A stretch of DNA of 64,000 bases from a bacterium. Lineage in GTDB: Bacteria > Patescibacteriota > Gracilibacteria > Peribacterales > Peribacteraceae. Under the pieces are notes generated by a model. The model worked only from the letters and a program-made list of their open reading frames with translations. It was not told the origin of the DNA and did not search any database. The position numbers were made by a program, and so were the translations under genes. This document shows positions 53,897 to 63,370 of this stretch, piece by piece. The DNA lies in contig JAQBVR010000001.1 of the NCBI GenBank assembly GCA_027623015.1, positions 14,773-78,772 on the forward strand, in the 5' to 3' direction. The first letter of the stretch is position 1. Each line of letters begins with the position of its first letter.

Positions 53897-56143
53897 ATGG
53901 CTCGAACACGACGTAGACGGCGTACTAAGAGGAAGAAAAAGAATAGTTGGAATCTGGGTGAAAGTACACGCCGCCAGATCAGCGGAACTGTACAATTGTG
54001 TTTTGGCATGCTTCTGTTTCTTGTCTTGCAACAACAGGCAGGGGTTTTAGGAGAAAGCTTGCGTCGGTCTATGACGTTTCTCTTTGGCAACTACAGCTCT
54101 GTATTTCCTGTGACATTGATCTTATCTGGTCTCATCCACTGGTTTGCAAAACCAAACAAGAAAGGAAAGATCTCTACCATGCGCTGGTTAGGACTTGCGA
54201 TGTGCCTTGGAGCATTTCTCGGGATCATGCATATAGGAGCACCTCTTGAAGAAATAGGAGTGCGTTTCACAGAGCTTGGTGGTGCTATCGGGTTTATGAT
54301 GAGCATGCCATTTCTGATGTTTGCTAGTCGGGAGGTTGGCTACACCGTACTTGTTTCTGTATTCATCGCAGGACTCTTCATCTCCTTTGAACCAGACCTT
54401 GTGGGCATCTCGGAAAAGATAAACAAGATGGTAAAGAAGAAGCAAAAAGCTAAACGAAAAGCTAGACGAGTAGCTGCCGAAGAAGATGAATATGAAGAGG
54501 AGGAAGAAGAAGACGAGGAAGAAGAAGAGGAGGAAGAATGGGAGGAGGAAGATGCAGAAGACCTCATAGAAGAAGACTCCGAAGCTCCAGAGCTGAATAT
54601 TGTTCGTCCTTCGTTTGCGAAGAAAGTCCTCCAGAAGACCACACAAAAAAGCATCAAGGATCAGCTAAAAGACACTCTGCAAATGCAAGATACACGCTAT
54701 GAGGAATGGACGTTCCCCGCTTACGACCTCCTCGATGATGCACAAAGTGAACTCAAGATTGATGACGAACAACTCAAGCTGCAAGCACGTCTTATCGAAG
54801 AGAAGTTTCAGGAATTTGATATCGAGGTAACAATGAAGGACGCACACCCTGGCCCTACAGTTACTCAATTTACTCTGAAGCCATCGGAAGGTGTAAAGCT
54901 AAGTAAGATCAGTGCACTCAAAAGTGATCTTGCACTTGCACTTGCAGCTCCTAGCCTCCGCATAGAAGCACCTATCCCTGGTAAATCCCTTGTAGGTATC
55001 GAAATGCCAAATTCAGAACGTACAACTGTCCATCTTCGTGAGATTCTTGAGAGTCCTGAGTTCGTAGAAAGTGAATCAAACCTTACACTCCCACTTGGTC
55101 GGGATGTGTCTGGAAACGCTACAGTCTGTGCGCTCGATACTATGCCTCACCTTCTCATCGCAGGAGCGACAGGCTCTGGTAAGTCTGTCTGTATGAATAC
55201 GTTCCTTACAGCACTGCTCTACCAGAATGCTCCAGATCAACTCAAACTCATCTTGATAGACCCGAAACGTGTAGAGCTTATGCCATACGATAACATCCCT
55301 CATTTACTCACTCCTGTTATCACGGATGCTGAGAAAGCTCTTCAAGCTCTCAGGTGGACTGTTGCAGAGATGGGACGGAGACTTCACCGTTTTTCAGAAG
55401 CGGGTGTACGAAACATCGAGGAATTCAATGAGAAGCAAGAGAATGATGAAAGTGTTCTCCCTCGTATTGTTATCGTTATCGATGAGCTTGCAGACTTGAT
55501 GATGCGTCAGTACCGCAGAGATACAGAAACAATGATAGCACGCATAGCGCAGATGGCTCGTGCTGTTGGTATGCACTTGATTCTCGCAACACAGCGACCA
55601 AGCGTAGATGTTATAACAGGACTCATCAAAGCAAACATCCCAACGCGTATCGCTTTCCGAACAGTAAGTGCAGTGGATAGTCGCACGATCATAGACTCCA
55701 TTGGATCAGAAGATCTCCTAGGTAAAGGGGACATGCTCTACATGACAGCGGAGACATCTCGTCCAGTTCGAATCCAAGGAATCATGATCGGTACAAAAGA
55801 AGTTGAACGTGTGATCAATGCTGTAAAAATTGCAGGAGGAGGAAAGATTACCCAAGATATCGGTCTTCTCGATAGAGACGATGAAGACGAGATGAATGAA
55901 CAAGATATTATGCAGCACATCGATCTAGAAGCAGATGATAATGGAGGGGATGATTTGTTTTTCGAGGCTGTTCGTGTCATACAAGAAACAGGAAAAGCAT
56001 CTGCAAGCCTGCTTCAACGTCGTCTCAGTGTCGGCTACGCACGTGCAGCTAAGCTACTCGACATCATGGAAGCGAAGGGTCTCATTGGCCCTCCAAACGG
56101 AGCAAAAGCCCGAGAGGTATACCTAGAGAAACTTGCAAACTAA
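53897..56143 (+). CDS. ftsK: DNA translocase FtsK
   Basis: N-terminal TM helices and an E-rich linker. Motor domain with LIAGATGSGKSVCMN (Walker A) and IVIVIDELADLMM (Walker B). Gamma wHTH: ASASLLQRRLSVGYARAAKLLDIMEAKGLIG. Confidence 0.92.
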   Translation: MARTRRRRRTKRKKKNSWNLGESTRRQISGTVQLCFGMLLFLVLQQQAGVLGESLRRSMTFLFGNYSSVFPVTLILSGLIHWFAKPNKKGKISTMRWLGLAMCLGAFLGIMHIGAPLEEIGVRFTELGGAIGFMMSMPFLMFASREVGYTVLVSVFIAGLFISFEPDLVGISEKINKMVKKKQKAKRKARRVAAEEDEYEEEEEEDEEEEEEEEWEEEDAEDLIEEDSEAPELNIVRPSFAKKVLQKTTQKSIKDQLKDTLQMQDTRYEEWTFPAYDLLDDAQSELKIDDEQLKLQARLIEEKFQEFDIEVTMKDAHPGPTVTQFTLKPSEGVKLSKISALKSDLALALAAPSLRIEAPIPGKSLVGIEMPNSERTTVHLREILESPEFVESESNLTLPLGRDVSGNATVCALDTMPHLLIAGATGSGKSVCMNTFLTALLYQNAPDQLKLILIDPKRVELMPYDNIPHLLTPVITDAEKALQALRWTVAEMGRRLHRFSEAGVRNIEEFNEKQENDESVLPRIVIVIDELADLMMRQYRRDTETMIARIAQMARAVGMHLILATQRPSVDVITGLIKANIPTRIAFRTVSAVDSRTIIDSIGSEDLLGKGDMLYMTAETSRPVRIQGIMIGTKEVERVINAVKIAGGGKITQDIGLLDRDDEDEMNEQDIMQHIDLEADDNGGDDLFFEAVRVIQETGKASASLLQRRLSVGYARAAKLLDIMEAKGLIGPPNGAKAREVYLEKLAN

Positions 56144-56146
56144 CGT

Positions 56147-56734
56147 ATGCAGCTTCTAATAGGAACCGACAACGCGGGGAAAGTGACAGAGCTTTCTGAG
56201 TGCCTTGCACATCTTCCTTTTGACATACTTACCCCCAAGCGACTAGAGATAGAACTTCCTCCTCCAGAAGAGACTGGTTCGAGCTACACAGAAAACGCTA
56301 TGCTCAAAGCTCGCTACTACTACAACGCAACGGGTATCCCTACACTTGCAGACGACTCTGGTATCGTCATCGACTCACTTGAAGGAGAGCTAGGCGTACA
56401 CACGCGTCGCTGGGGTGCAGGTGCTGATGCAACTGACAGCGAGTGGATAGAGCACTTTCTGGAGCGTATGAGTAAAGAGGAGAACAAACGTGCTCGCTTT
56501 GTCTGTACTATTGCGTACATCGATCCAGAAGGTCGAGTACATGTGTTCGAGGGTGTGAACGAGGGTGTGATAACCGACAAGCTAGAGGCAGAGTATTTGC
56601 CAGGATTGCCCATCGCTGGTTGTTTCAAACCAGACGGGCATGACTTGGTCTATAGCGCGATGTCTGTAGACCAAAAAAACACTGTCTCTCATAGAGGCAT
56701 GGCTATGCAGCAGTTTTTAGAGCATATCAACTAA
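56147..56734 (+). CDS. rdgB: Non-canonical purine NTP pyrophosphatase (RdgB/HAM1 family)
   Basis: GTDNAGKVTE, TENAMLKA, LADDSGIVIDSLEGELGVHTRRW, RARFVCTIAY, TVSHRGMA. Confidence 0.88.
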   Translation: MQLLIGTDNAGKVTELSECLAHLPFDILTPKRLEIELPPPEETGSSYTENAMLKARYYYNATGIPTLADDSGIVIDSLEGELGVHTRRWGAGADATDSEWIEHFLERMSKEENKRARFVCTIAYIDPEGRVHVFEGVNEGVITDKLEAEYLPGLPIAGCFKPDGHDLVYSAMSVDQKNTVSHRGMAMQQFLEHIN

Positions 56735-57432
56735 GCAGCAGTTGATGAATCATCATTAATAGCTTTACCACCCTCTTCAAGCTTTCTTGTAGATGGTCTC
56801 TTAAATAATGCTTGTGTTCTCGTCCGCATCCTCTTCATAGCACTTGCACGCTGTTCTTCTTTTAGCTGGCTATGGTCTACAACTCCTCTTTGCATATCTA
56901 CATTCAGGTGCCTTGCAGCATCAAAGAGCGCATTAAATGTAAGATCATTTTTAGGATCTAATCTCGAAATATCCATACTTGGAGCTTCTCCATCATGAAA
57001 GTGCTTCATTTCAATTGTTGGCTCATCCTTAGAAGCCTTTGGTGGAAATGTCATCACCATAACACCTTTACTACTATCTCGATGACCAAGTTCGGATCGA
57101 ATATCGATAAGCACTCTTGTAAAAAATCGATCTTGGTAAGAAGAATGCTTAAAGTCTATATTTGGAATTTGCCAACGAGTGATCGTTATATGTCGCCCAG
57201 GTAATCCATCAGGAGCTATCTTTTTAACAAAAACTTGATCTGCTTCCTTTTCTTCAAATCCAGTTGGGTAATTCATGTTTAACTCCTTTAGATCTCCTTC
57301 TAAAGTATATCCTTTTACTATTTCTCCAGATGCTGCAAGCGTGTCTGCATTATCTAAGCTTGAAGACAGTAGATTTGCGTATCGATCTTCTCGTGTCTCT
57401 AGGTCTGGTGCTAATTCATCTTGTTCGTCCAT
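56731..57432 (-). CDS. Hypothetical protein
   Basis: ATG 57432 (MDEQDEL...) is preceded by a consensus extended -10, TGGTATAAT, plus 7 nt. The listed TTG start 57480 is less likely. No motif recognised. Confidence 0.5.
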   Translation of the reverse strand: MDEQDELAPDLETREDRYANLLSSSLDNADTLAASGEIVKGYTLEGDLKELNMNYPTGFEEKEADQVFVKKIAPDGLPGRHITITRWQIPNIDFKHSSYQDRFFTRVLIDIRSELGHRDSSKGVMVMTFPPKASKDEPTIEMKHFHDGEAPSMDISRLDPKNDLTFNALFDAARHLNVDMQRGVVDHSQLKEEQRASAMKRMRTRTQALFKRPSTRKLEEGGKAINDDSSTAA

Positions 57433-57476
57433 GTTTAATATTATACCATTTTTTTCGTTTTTAAGCAATTTTATTA

Positions 57477-57995
57477 TCAAGAGTTGAGATTATTCCAGTA
57501 ATCTGGGCTAAGAACATGATTCATTGCTATGAGTTCAAGTTGCTCCTGCTCCTTTAATGTAAGCGCATCTTTCAGCTCCCAGCGTTCACATATAGTTAGT
57601 GATGAAAACATTTCTCCAAGAATCTTTCTGTTCTGTTCTATCTTTAATAACGCTTTATTCATAGTATCAGAACCAATCTTTAAGATTCCAGCAATACTAA
57701 TGAGAGTATAGGTAGTTGCCTGAATGCCAGCGAACCATGATAGATATACAGGAACTGATGACATCAATAAAACCGACCTCATTGTAATTCGGATTGATCG
57801 CACCTTTCTATCGAGCTTATTTTTTTTCTCTACTTCACTACGAAGTATGTCTACTGGACCATCTAATTCATAAGGTTCCTGTATGTCATCTCCAAATACA
57901 AGAGTAACAGTATTTTCTCCATCTTCGTTTGAAAATACAGCTATCGGATAACTACTTGATTCTTCAGCAATCATAAATTCATCAACTTTCTGCAT
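57477..57995 (-). CDS. Hypothetical membrane protein
   Basis: ATG 57995 (MQKVDEF...) is preceded by TAAGAT plus 8 nt. Two central hydrophobic helices (VLLMSSVPVYLSWFAGIQ, TYTLISIAGILKI). Confidence 0.5.
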   Translation of the reverse strand: MQKVDEFMIAEESSSYPIAVFSNEDGENTVTLVFGDDIQEPYELDGPVDILRSEVEKKNKLDRKVRSIRITMRSVLLMSSVPVYLSWFAGIQATTYTLISIAGILKIGSDTMNKALLKIEQNRKILGEMFSSLTICERWELKDALTLKEQEQLELIAMNHVLSPDYWNNLNS

Positions 57996-58006
57996 AGCGA
58001 TTGATC

Positions 58007-61006
58007 TTACAGAGACGTGAAGTCGAGTGCAATAATCTTGGCCCAAACTTGCTGAATAAGCTCTGTGAGCTCGCGTTTCTCTGTTTGGGATACCTCATAC
58101 GTACGAAGGACTGGGTGCTCGCTGCCTTCTCCAACGAAGTCGAGGATGAACTGCTGTGGCTGGATGATGCTGTATCCATGCTCCATAAGCAGAGCATAGA
58201 ACACGAGCTGTCTGTGATAACCGTAGTCTTCTATCTGCTTTGGCGTCTTTGGCTTTCCTGTTTTGAAGTCGATCACTACTGCATGGGAGGAGTGTGGTTC
58301 GAGGAGATCTATGCGGTCTACCTTTCCTTTGATGGGAATGTCTCCAAGATGTGCGTTTATACCGAACTCTATGCGATCGATTATTGAGTAGGGAGACTGT
58401 AAACGCTGATCATAGTAGCGCGTGAGAGTCTCTTGCCCCATATGTTCCAAACGTGCATTTTCTGCTTCTGTGAGTAATTCACGGTCACGTAAGTGCGTGC
58501 TAAATTGTGCTATGCACTGCTCTTTGGTAAGAATGTCTCCAGACTTTACAGACTGCGCCCACTTTGCAAGGACGTGATGTATAGCATTTCCATACGCGAA
58601 CTGCGCCTCTTTTGCTTGAGGTCTTTGCATCAGGTCAATTTCTAAAAAGACATTTGGATCTTCTAGGAAATGGTTGAGAGCTGTCGGAGACATTGCAAAG
58701 TTTTCTATCCTTTGTCTTAGAAATGCCTCATACTCACTGTCAAACTCTCGTATGGGCTTCGCTAGAAGCACAGACATCTTCTCTGGGTTTTCTACTTCTC
58801 TGTCTACTTCTTTCAAATCCCCTGCTTCCGCAAAGAAACCTGAAGGAGATACTGTTTTAGTACTGTCACCTGTCGTAAGTTCTCGAGGGCACGTAAAGAG
58901 GAGTTCCCGCTTAGCTCTTGTCATAGCGACGAAAGTCACTCTGCGTTCATCTTGCTGTTTCTCAAATGACTTCTGGTCTTTGTGCCATCCAAAGAGGAGA
59001 TCTTCGGGAATAGTGATGCTTGGAGGGTTACGACGCTTGTCCCAGTGCCCCTCGCGAAATCGTGCCAATATAACTGTTTGGAATTCTAGCCCCTTACTCT
59101 TATGTGCAGTCATGAGCTGAACACCCGTCTCCGTGAGATGCGGTAAGTCGTATTTGAGACGTAGATCGCTATAATCTGGGTTGCTATAAAAGTCGAGATC
59201 ACTCAGTAACTTCGCAAATGAGAAGTTTGGTTGTTCATACGCACGCTGTTTAATTCGGTCAAAGAACTCTTGGCCTGCTGCAAAGTCGACTATATCCATC
59301 TCACCTTTGGTGAAGTCTTGCAAGAGTCCACTGTCTATATAGATATGTTCCAGTGTTTCAACGACGGTACGAGAGCCAAGTTTCTGATGTAGTGAGAAGA
59401 TAGTGTCTCTTGCTGCTAGTACACGATCTAGAAAGCGCAGAGAAATTTTAGGCGCATCTTCAGTGTCGAGTATGAGTAACAGATCATACAGAGATGCTTT
59501 TTGCTCTCTTCGTAGGCGAAAGAGGAGCCCCAAGTCGGCTGGGTGACAATCAAAACATTCACAACTAAGTGCATCTGCTAAAAGTGCGGAGTTTTCCGGA
59601 GTTGCTATAGCACGAATAATACACAGTGTCTGTTGGACTAGAGGATGTGAGAGCAAGTCGAGCTTTCCAGATAGCTGCACAGGGATGCCACTTGCTTTGA
59701 GTACTTCGTAATACGGCAGTAGCTCTGCATTTGTTTGTACGAGAATTGCGATTTCTTCAGGAGCCTGCCCACTTGTCACTCGCTGCTCAACAAGATCTGC
59801 GATCATCCACGGTTCAGTCATATCACTAGCGGCGAAGAGAAGTTGTGGCTCCTTTCCTTCATCTTCAGTCGCAGATACAAGATGCTTGTCGAGTCCGTCT
59901 ATCTTCCCAACAAGTCGCTCTTCATTGTTCTCTATAAGAGACTCAGCAGCGTCTAATATCTTCTGTGTGCAGCGATAACTCGTTGTCAGTGCGATAACTG
60001 GTGCTGAGGGAAACCGTTCCCGAAAGGATAATATATTTGTAAGGTTTGCTCCTTGAAACCTGTAGATTGCTTGGTCATCGTCTCCTACTACAAAAAGATT
60101 TGGGCTATTATTGCCTGTAGGATCTTTTGTAAGAAGTTCTATGAGTTTGTTTTGCGATCCGTTTGTATCTTGAAACTCATCGACTAGAACATACTGGTAG
60201 CGCTCCTGTAATCCAGCAAGCATCCATTCCTCTTGTGCTAGGGCTTGGGTGACGTTCAATATCATATCTTCATAGTCATATCTACCAGTGTCTTGCAGCA
60301 TCTTTTCATACCGGTGAAAGACCTCTATACATTCACGAAATTTCCGTGCTGTAAGCATGTTCCTCTCATGGATCTTGGTTCCCTCTTTACTTTTAGATAC
60401 CATCTCTTGATCAAAGGTCTTTACGATAGTTTCCAAAGCATCCCTATCTACCGCCCCCTCGCGTTTGAGTTGTGATATACGACTGAGTATGTCTCTTGAT
60501 CTGCTGTACGGGGACTTAGGATTTACAAGCTTAAGATCTGGGAGCAACTGGTCGATGATAGTATTGACCGTTCTGTAACGCTCTACATCTGAGATCTGTT
60601 CTAGAGAATTCCAGTCTTCGAATACTACAGGGTGGCTAGATATAACATCATTACAGAAGCCATGGATAGTGTTAACGGTAACACTGTACGCATCACTGCC
60701 TATAAACTTGCGCAGTCGTTGGCGCATAGCTGTAGCGCCGCTTGTTGAAAATGTTAAACAAAGTATATTACTTGGTCGCATCTGTGTTTTTTGCAGTATA
60801 TTTGCTACGCGCAAAGCAACCACCTGGGTTTTTCCTGTTCCGGGACCAGCAACTACCATTACTGGACCTTCTATTGTATCGACTGTAAGGCGCTGCTGCG
60901 GATTTAGTGTTTCATATGCTGCATGAAACTCCGTTGCTTGCATGAGCTTACGTGCAGCTTTTCTCTTACTTGCTTCTGTGGATGAATCCTTTACTGGAGC
61001 ACTCAT
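58007..61006 (-). CDS. UvrD/PcrA-family SF1 helicase fused to a C-terminal PD-(D/E)XK (RecB/AddB-like) nuclease domain
   Basis: Walker A VVAGPGTGKTQVV, motif II VLVDEFQDTN, TTSYRC, VQLMTAHKSKGLEFQTVIL, FVAMTRAKREL. Nuclease motifs GKVDRIDLL, VVIDFKTGKPK, YHRQLVFYALL. Confidence 0.85.
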   Translation of the reverse strand: MSAPVKDSSTEASKRKAARKLMQATEFHAAYETLNPQQRLTVDTIEGPVMVVAGPGTGKTQVVALRVANILQKTQMRPSNILCLTFSTSGATAMRQRLRKFIGSDAYSVTVNTIHGFCNDVISSHPVVFEDWNSLEQISDVERYRTVNTIIDQLLPDLKLVNPKSPYSRSRDILSRISQLKREGAVDRDALETIVKTFDQEMVSKSKEGTKIHERNMLTARKFRECIEVFHRYEKMLQDTGRYDYEDMILNVTQALAQEEWMLAGLQERYQYVLVDEFQDTNGSQNKLIELLTKDPTGNNSPNLFVVGDDDQAIYRFQGANLTNILSFRERFPSAPVIALTTSYRCTQKILDAAESLIENNEERLVGKIDGLDKHLVSATEDEGKEPQLLFAASDMTEPWMIADLVEQRVTSGQAPEEIAILVQTNAELLPYYEVLKASGIPVQLSGKLDLLSHPLVQQTLCIIRAIATPENSALLADALSCECFDCHPADLGLLFRLRREQKASLYDLLLILDTEDAPKISLRFLDRVLAARDTIFSLHQKLGSRTVVETLEHIYIDSGLLQDFTKGEMDIVDFAAGQEFFDRIKQRAYEQPNFSFAKLLSDLDFYSNPDYSDLRLKYDLPHLTETGVQLMTAHKSKGLEFQTVILARFREGHWDKRRNPPSITIPEDLLFGWHKDQKSFEKQQDERRVTFVAMTRAKRELLFTCPRELTTGDSTKTVSPSGFFAEAGDLKEVDREVENPEKMSVLLAKPIREFDSEYEAFLRQRIENFAMSPTALNHFLEDPNVFLEIDLMQRPQAKEAQFAYGNAIHHVLAKWAQSVKSGDILTKEQCIAQFSTHLRDRELLTEAENARLEHMGQETLTRYYDQRLQSPYSIIDRIEFGINAHLGDIPIKGKVDRIDLLEPHSSHAVVIDFKTGKPKTPKQIEDYGYHRQLVFYALLMEHGYSIIQPQQFILDFVGEGSEHPVLRTYEVSQTEKRELTELIQQVWAKIIALDFTSL

Positions 61007-61012
61007 ATATTG

Positions 61013-61021
61013 ATGTTACCA
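61013..61021 (-). promoter_or_regulatory. Extended -10 box TGGTAACAT, 6 nt upstream of the helicase ATG
   Basis: The minus strand reads C TGTGGTAACAT CAATAT ATG. Confidence 0.45.
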
Positions 61022-61022
61022 C

Positions 61023-61139
61023 AGAAAGAAATAGAAGAAATAGAAGCAATAAAGGATTCTCCTAATTCGATTTATTGCAATTACAGATATATTTTATCCT
61101 CTATTTCCTCTATTTCTTTTATTGCCTCTACTTCTTTTC
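61023..61139. repeat. Strand-symmetric 9-mer repeat arrays in the divergent helicase / DUF378 promoter region
   Basis: The left arm reads AGAAATAGA AGAAATAGA AGCAATAAA on the plus strand. The right arm reads TCTATTTCC TCTATTTCT TTTATTGCC TCTACTTCT on the plus strand. Each gene therefore sees TCTATTTCY-type repeats on its own sense strand upstream. Confidence 0.7.
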
Positions 61140-61270
61140 GCTCTATATATAAGATGTAATACGCTGTATATATATTGTATTACATTTCTGTAGACAAATA
61201 CTATCCTCTATGCTCTATTTATGTTTTTTCATGCTACAATTGTTTTACTAATTCTTTCCCCTTTATCCCT

Positions 61271-61501
61271 ATGGGTGATTCATGTAGTAACAAATGCACC
61301 GTTTGCAAAGTCGGTTGCATCCTTATTCTCATCGGAGGTATCAACTGGGGCCTTGTCGGTCTTGGTGGATTCCTCGGTAGCGACTTAAACGTCGTACACA
61401 TGATCCTTGGCGCTTGGCCAAAAGTAGAATGGCTCGTCTACCTCCTTGTTGGAGTAAGTACACTTTGCAAAGCTATGAAGTGCTGTAAGTGCTGTAAATA
61501 A
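61271..61501 (+). CDS. DUF378-family small membrane protein with Cys-rich termini
   Basis: ATG 61271. DUF378 core ILIGGINWGLVGLGGFLGSDLNVVHMILG. N-terminus CSNKCTVCKVGC and C-terminus CKAMKCCKCCK. Confidence 0.72.
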   Translation: MGDSCSNKCTVCKVGCILILIGGINWGLVGLGGFLGSDLNVVHMILGAWPKVEWLVYLLVGVSTLCKAMKCCKCCK

Positions 61502-61535
61502 TTCCGTTTTATTCTCTTTTCTTCTTCATTATCCT

Positions 61536-61736
61536 ATGGAAAAATCTATGATAAAAACGGTTGCAAAGTTCCTTGTAATTATCGGAGCGATAAACTGGGG
61601 ACTTGTCGGTCTTGGGAATCTTATGGGTAGCGATATGAATATCGTTCATATGCTTCTCGGTGGTATGGATATGCTAGAGGACATTGTTTATGTTCTTGTT
61701 GGTCTTAGCGGAATCTACGGTTTGATTCGCAAATAA
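61536..61736 (+). CDS. DUF378-family small membrane protein
   Basis: VIIGAINWGLVGLGNLMGSDMNIVHMLLG. This paralogue of the preceding gene lacks the Cys-rich termini. Confidence 0.75.
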   Translation: MEKSMIKTVAKFLVIIGAINWGLVGLGNLMGSDMNIVHMLLGGMDMLEDIVYVLVGLSGIYGLIRK

Positions 61737-61789
61737 TTTTACAAATAAAAGGGTGAAGCTCCTGCCTCGCCTTTTTGTTGCATGAAGAT

Positions 61790-63223
61790 CTATGCCATCT
61801 TCTTGTCTTTCATCTCTTCTACACCAAAGTCTGGATCGAAGAACGGATTGCTAGGAACAAATCCTGCTCTCTTTGGAGCCTCACCGTGCTCACGAATAGT
61901 CATTGAACGTGGATGGTCACGCATTTTCTGGAGCACTTTTGCTTCGATCTGACGGATTCGCTCACGTGTAACACCAAACTCTTTTCCTACCTCCTCCAGA
62001 GTGTGTCCGATACCATCACTGAGTCCAAATCGCATCTCAACGATCTTACGTTCACGTGGAGTGAGGAACTCTAACATGGAGTGTACGTTTTCCTTCTTGA
62101 GCTGACGGCTTGTTGCATCAAAGGGATTGATGGCCTCCTCATCTTCGATAAAGTCTCCAAGCTTACTATCTTCTTCACTTCCAACTGGAGACTCAAGTGA
62201 GATGATATCTTGGCTGATCTTCTGAATGTGACGCACTTTTTTCACGTCCATCTCCATCTCAACAGATAGCTCTTCTACAGTTGGCTCACGTCCAAGCTCT
62301 TGTACGAGACGACGTTGTGTATGTGTAAGCTTATTAATGGTCTCTACCATGTGCACTGGAATACGAATAGTACGCGCTTGGTCTGCAATTGCACGCGTGA
62401 TAGCCTGACGTATCCACCATGTCGCATATGTAGAGAATTTAAATCCACGCTCTGGGTCAAACTTCTCTACAGCACGAAAGAGTCCGATATTTCCCTCTTG
62501 GATAAGATCTAGGAATGAAAGTCCGCGGCCAATGTACTTCTTTGCTATAGAAACAACCAATCGAAGGTTTGCTTCAGCAAGTTGTTGTTTTGCAGATGCG
62601 TCACCTTTGCGGATGCGACGAGCAAGCTCTACTTCTTTTTTTGCATCAATCAGTGGAACACGACCTATCTCTGAGAGATACATTCGTACGGAGTCATTGC
62701 TGATCTCAAGAAGGTCTACCTCTCGCTCACGTCGACGCTTTGTCTTTTCCTCTTCATTAATATCTTTCTCATCTATGGCAATACCAGCTGTAGCAATCAT
62801 ATCACGCATTTCATCATTCTTATCACTCTTCTCCACCTTAGATTCGACATCTTCGGTATCGTCGTCATCGTCGTCATCGTCATCAAATCCAATATCGACA
62901 TCGACATCGACATCTGCATCGTCTGAACTAACGATCTCTGTAAGGTCTTCTGTAGGTTCACCAATATCTGCTTTTGTTTTCTTCTGCCATATAAGAGCGT
63001 CTTTTACATCGATTACTTGAATACCAAGATCCACGAGCAATGAGTAAATATCATCAAGTAGATCGACGTTTGTCTCTGCGTTTGGCACCACAGCCATAAT
63101 TTCTTGATGTGTCACATATCGTTGTTCTCTGCCTTTTTTAATCAAATGCCTTACCTCATCAGGAAAACCTTTCAGATCTTCATCTGTTGGTTGCGCGATG
63201 AATTTACGTGGATGCGAAGCCAT
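61790..63223 (-). CDS. rpoD: Primary sigma factor RpoD
   Basis: From ATG 63223 (MASHPRKF...). It has an acidic region 1.1 and region 1.2 [23 protein letters not shown]. Region 2: [73 protein letters not shown]. Region 4.2: [27 protein letters not shown]. Confidence 0.93.
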   Translation of the reverse strand: MASHPRKFIAQPTDEDLKGFPDEVRHLIKKGREQRYVTHQEIMAVVPNAETNVDLLDDIYSLLVDLGIQVIDVKDALIWQKKTKADIGEPTEDLTEIVSSDDADVDVDVDIGFDDDDDDDDDTEDVESKVEKSDKNDEMRDMIATAGIAIDEKDINEEEKTKRRREREVDLLEISNDSVRMYLSEIGRVPLIDAKKEVELARRIRKGDASAKQQLAEANLRLVVSIAKKYIGRGLSFLDLIQEGNIGLFRAVEKFDPERGFKFSTYATWWIRQAITRAIADQARTIRIPVHMVETINKLTHTQRRLVQELGREPTVEELSVEMEMDVKKVRHIQKISQDIISLESPVGSEEDSKLGDFIEDEEAINPFDATSRQLKKENVHSMLEFLTPRERKIVEMRFGLSDGIGHTLEEVGKEFGVTRERIRQIEAKVLQKMRDHPRSMTIREHGEAPKRAGFVPSNPFFDPDFGVEEMKDKKMA

Positions 63224-63370
63224 AAGTCCGAAGTAGCCTAAACCTCTTCTCTGTATAAGGAAAGTGAATTTATGGGGAAATAGGGCAAAATTGAGAAGAT
63301 GCAGATGAGTTAGAGGATGTAGAGGATACAGATGAAATGCTATAATTCTTTGCATCTTTTGAATCTTTCG

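Noticed and set aside
54479-54563. Purine-rich GAA/GAG tract as a possible structural DNA element or repeat.
   Set aside because: It is the direct coding consequence of the Glu-rich linker of FtsK (EEDEYEEEEEEDEEEEEEEEWEEED). The repeat is not perfect and needs no separate explanation.
63224-63355. N-terminal 44-aa extension of the rpoD ORF ([14 protein letters not shown]...).
   Set aside because: The sequence is not RpoD-like (His/Leu/Phe-rich). The extension would nearly abut the upstream gene stop. The internal ATG at 63223 gives a normal acidic region 1.1.
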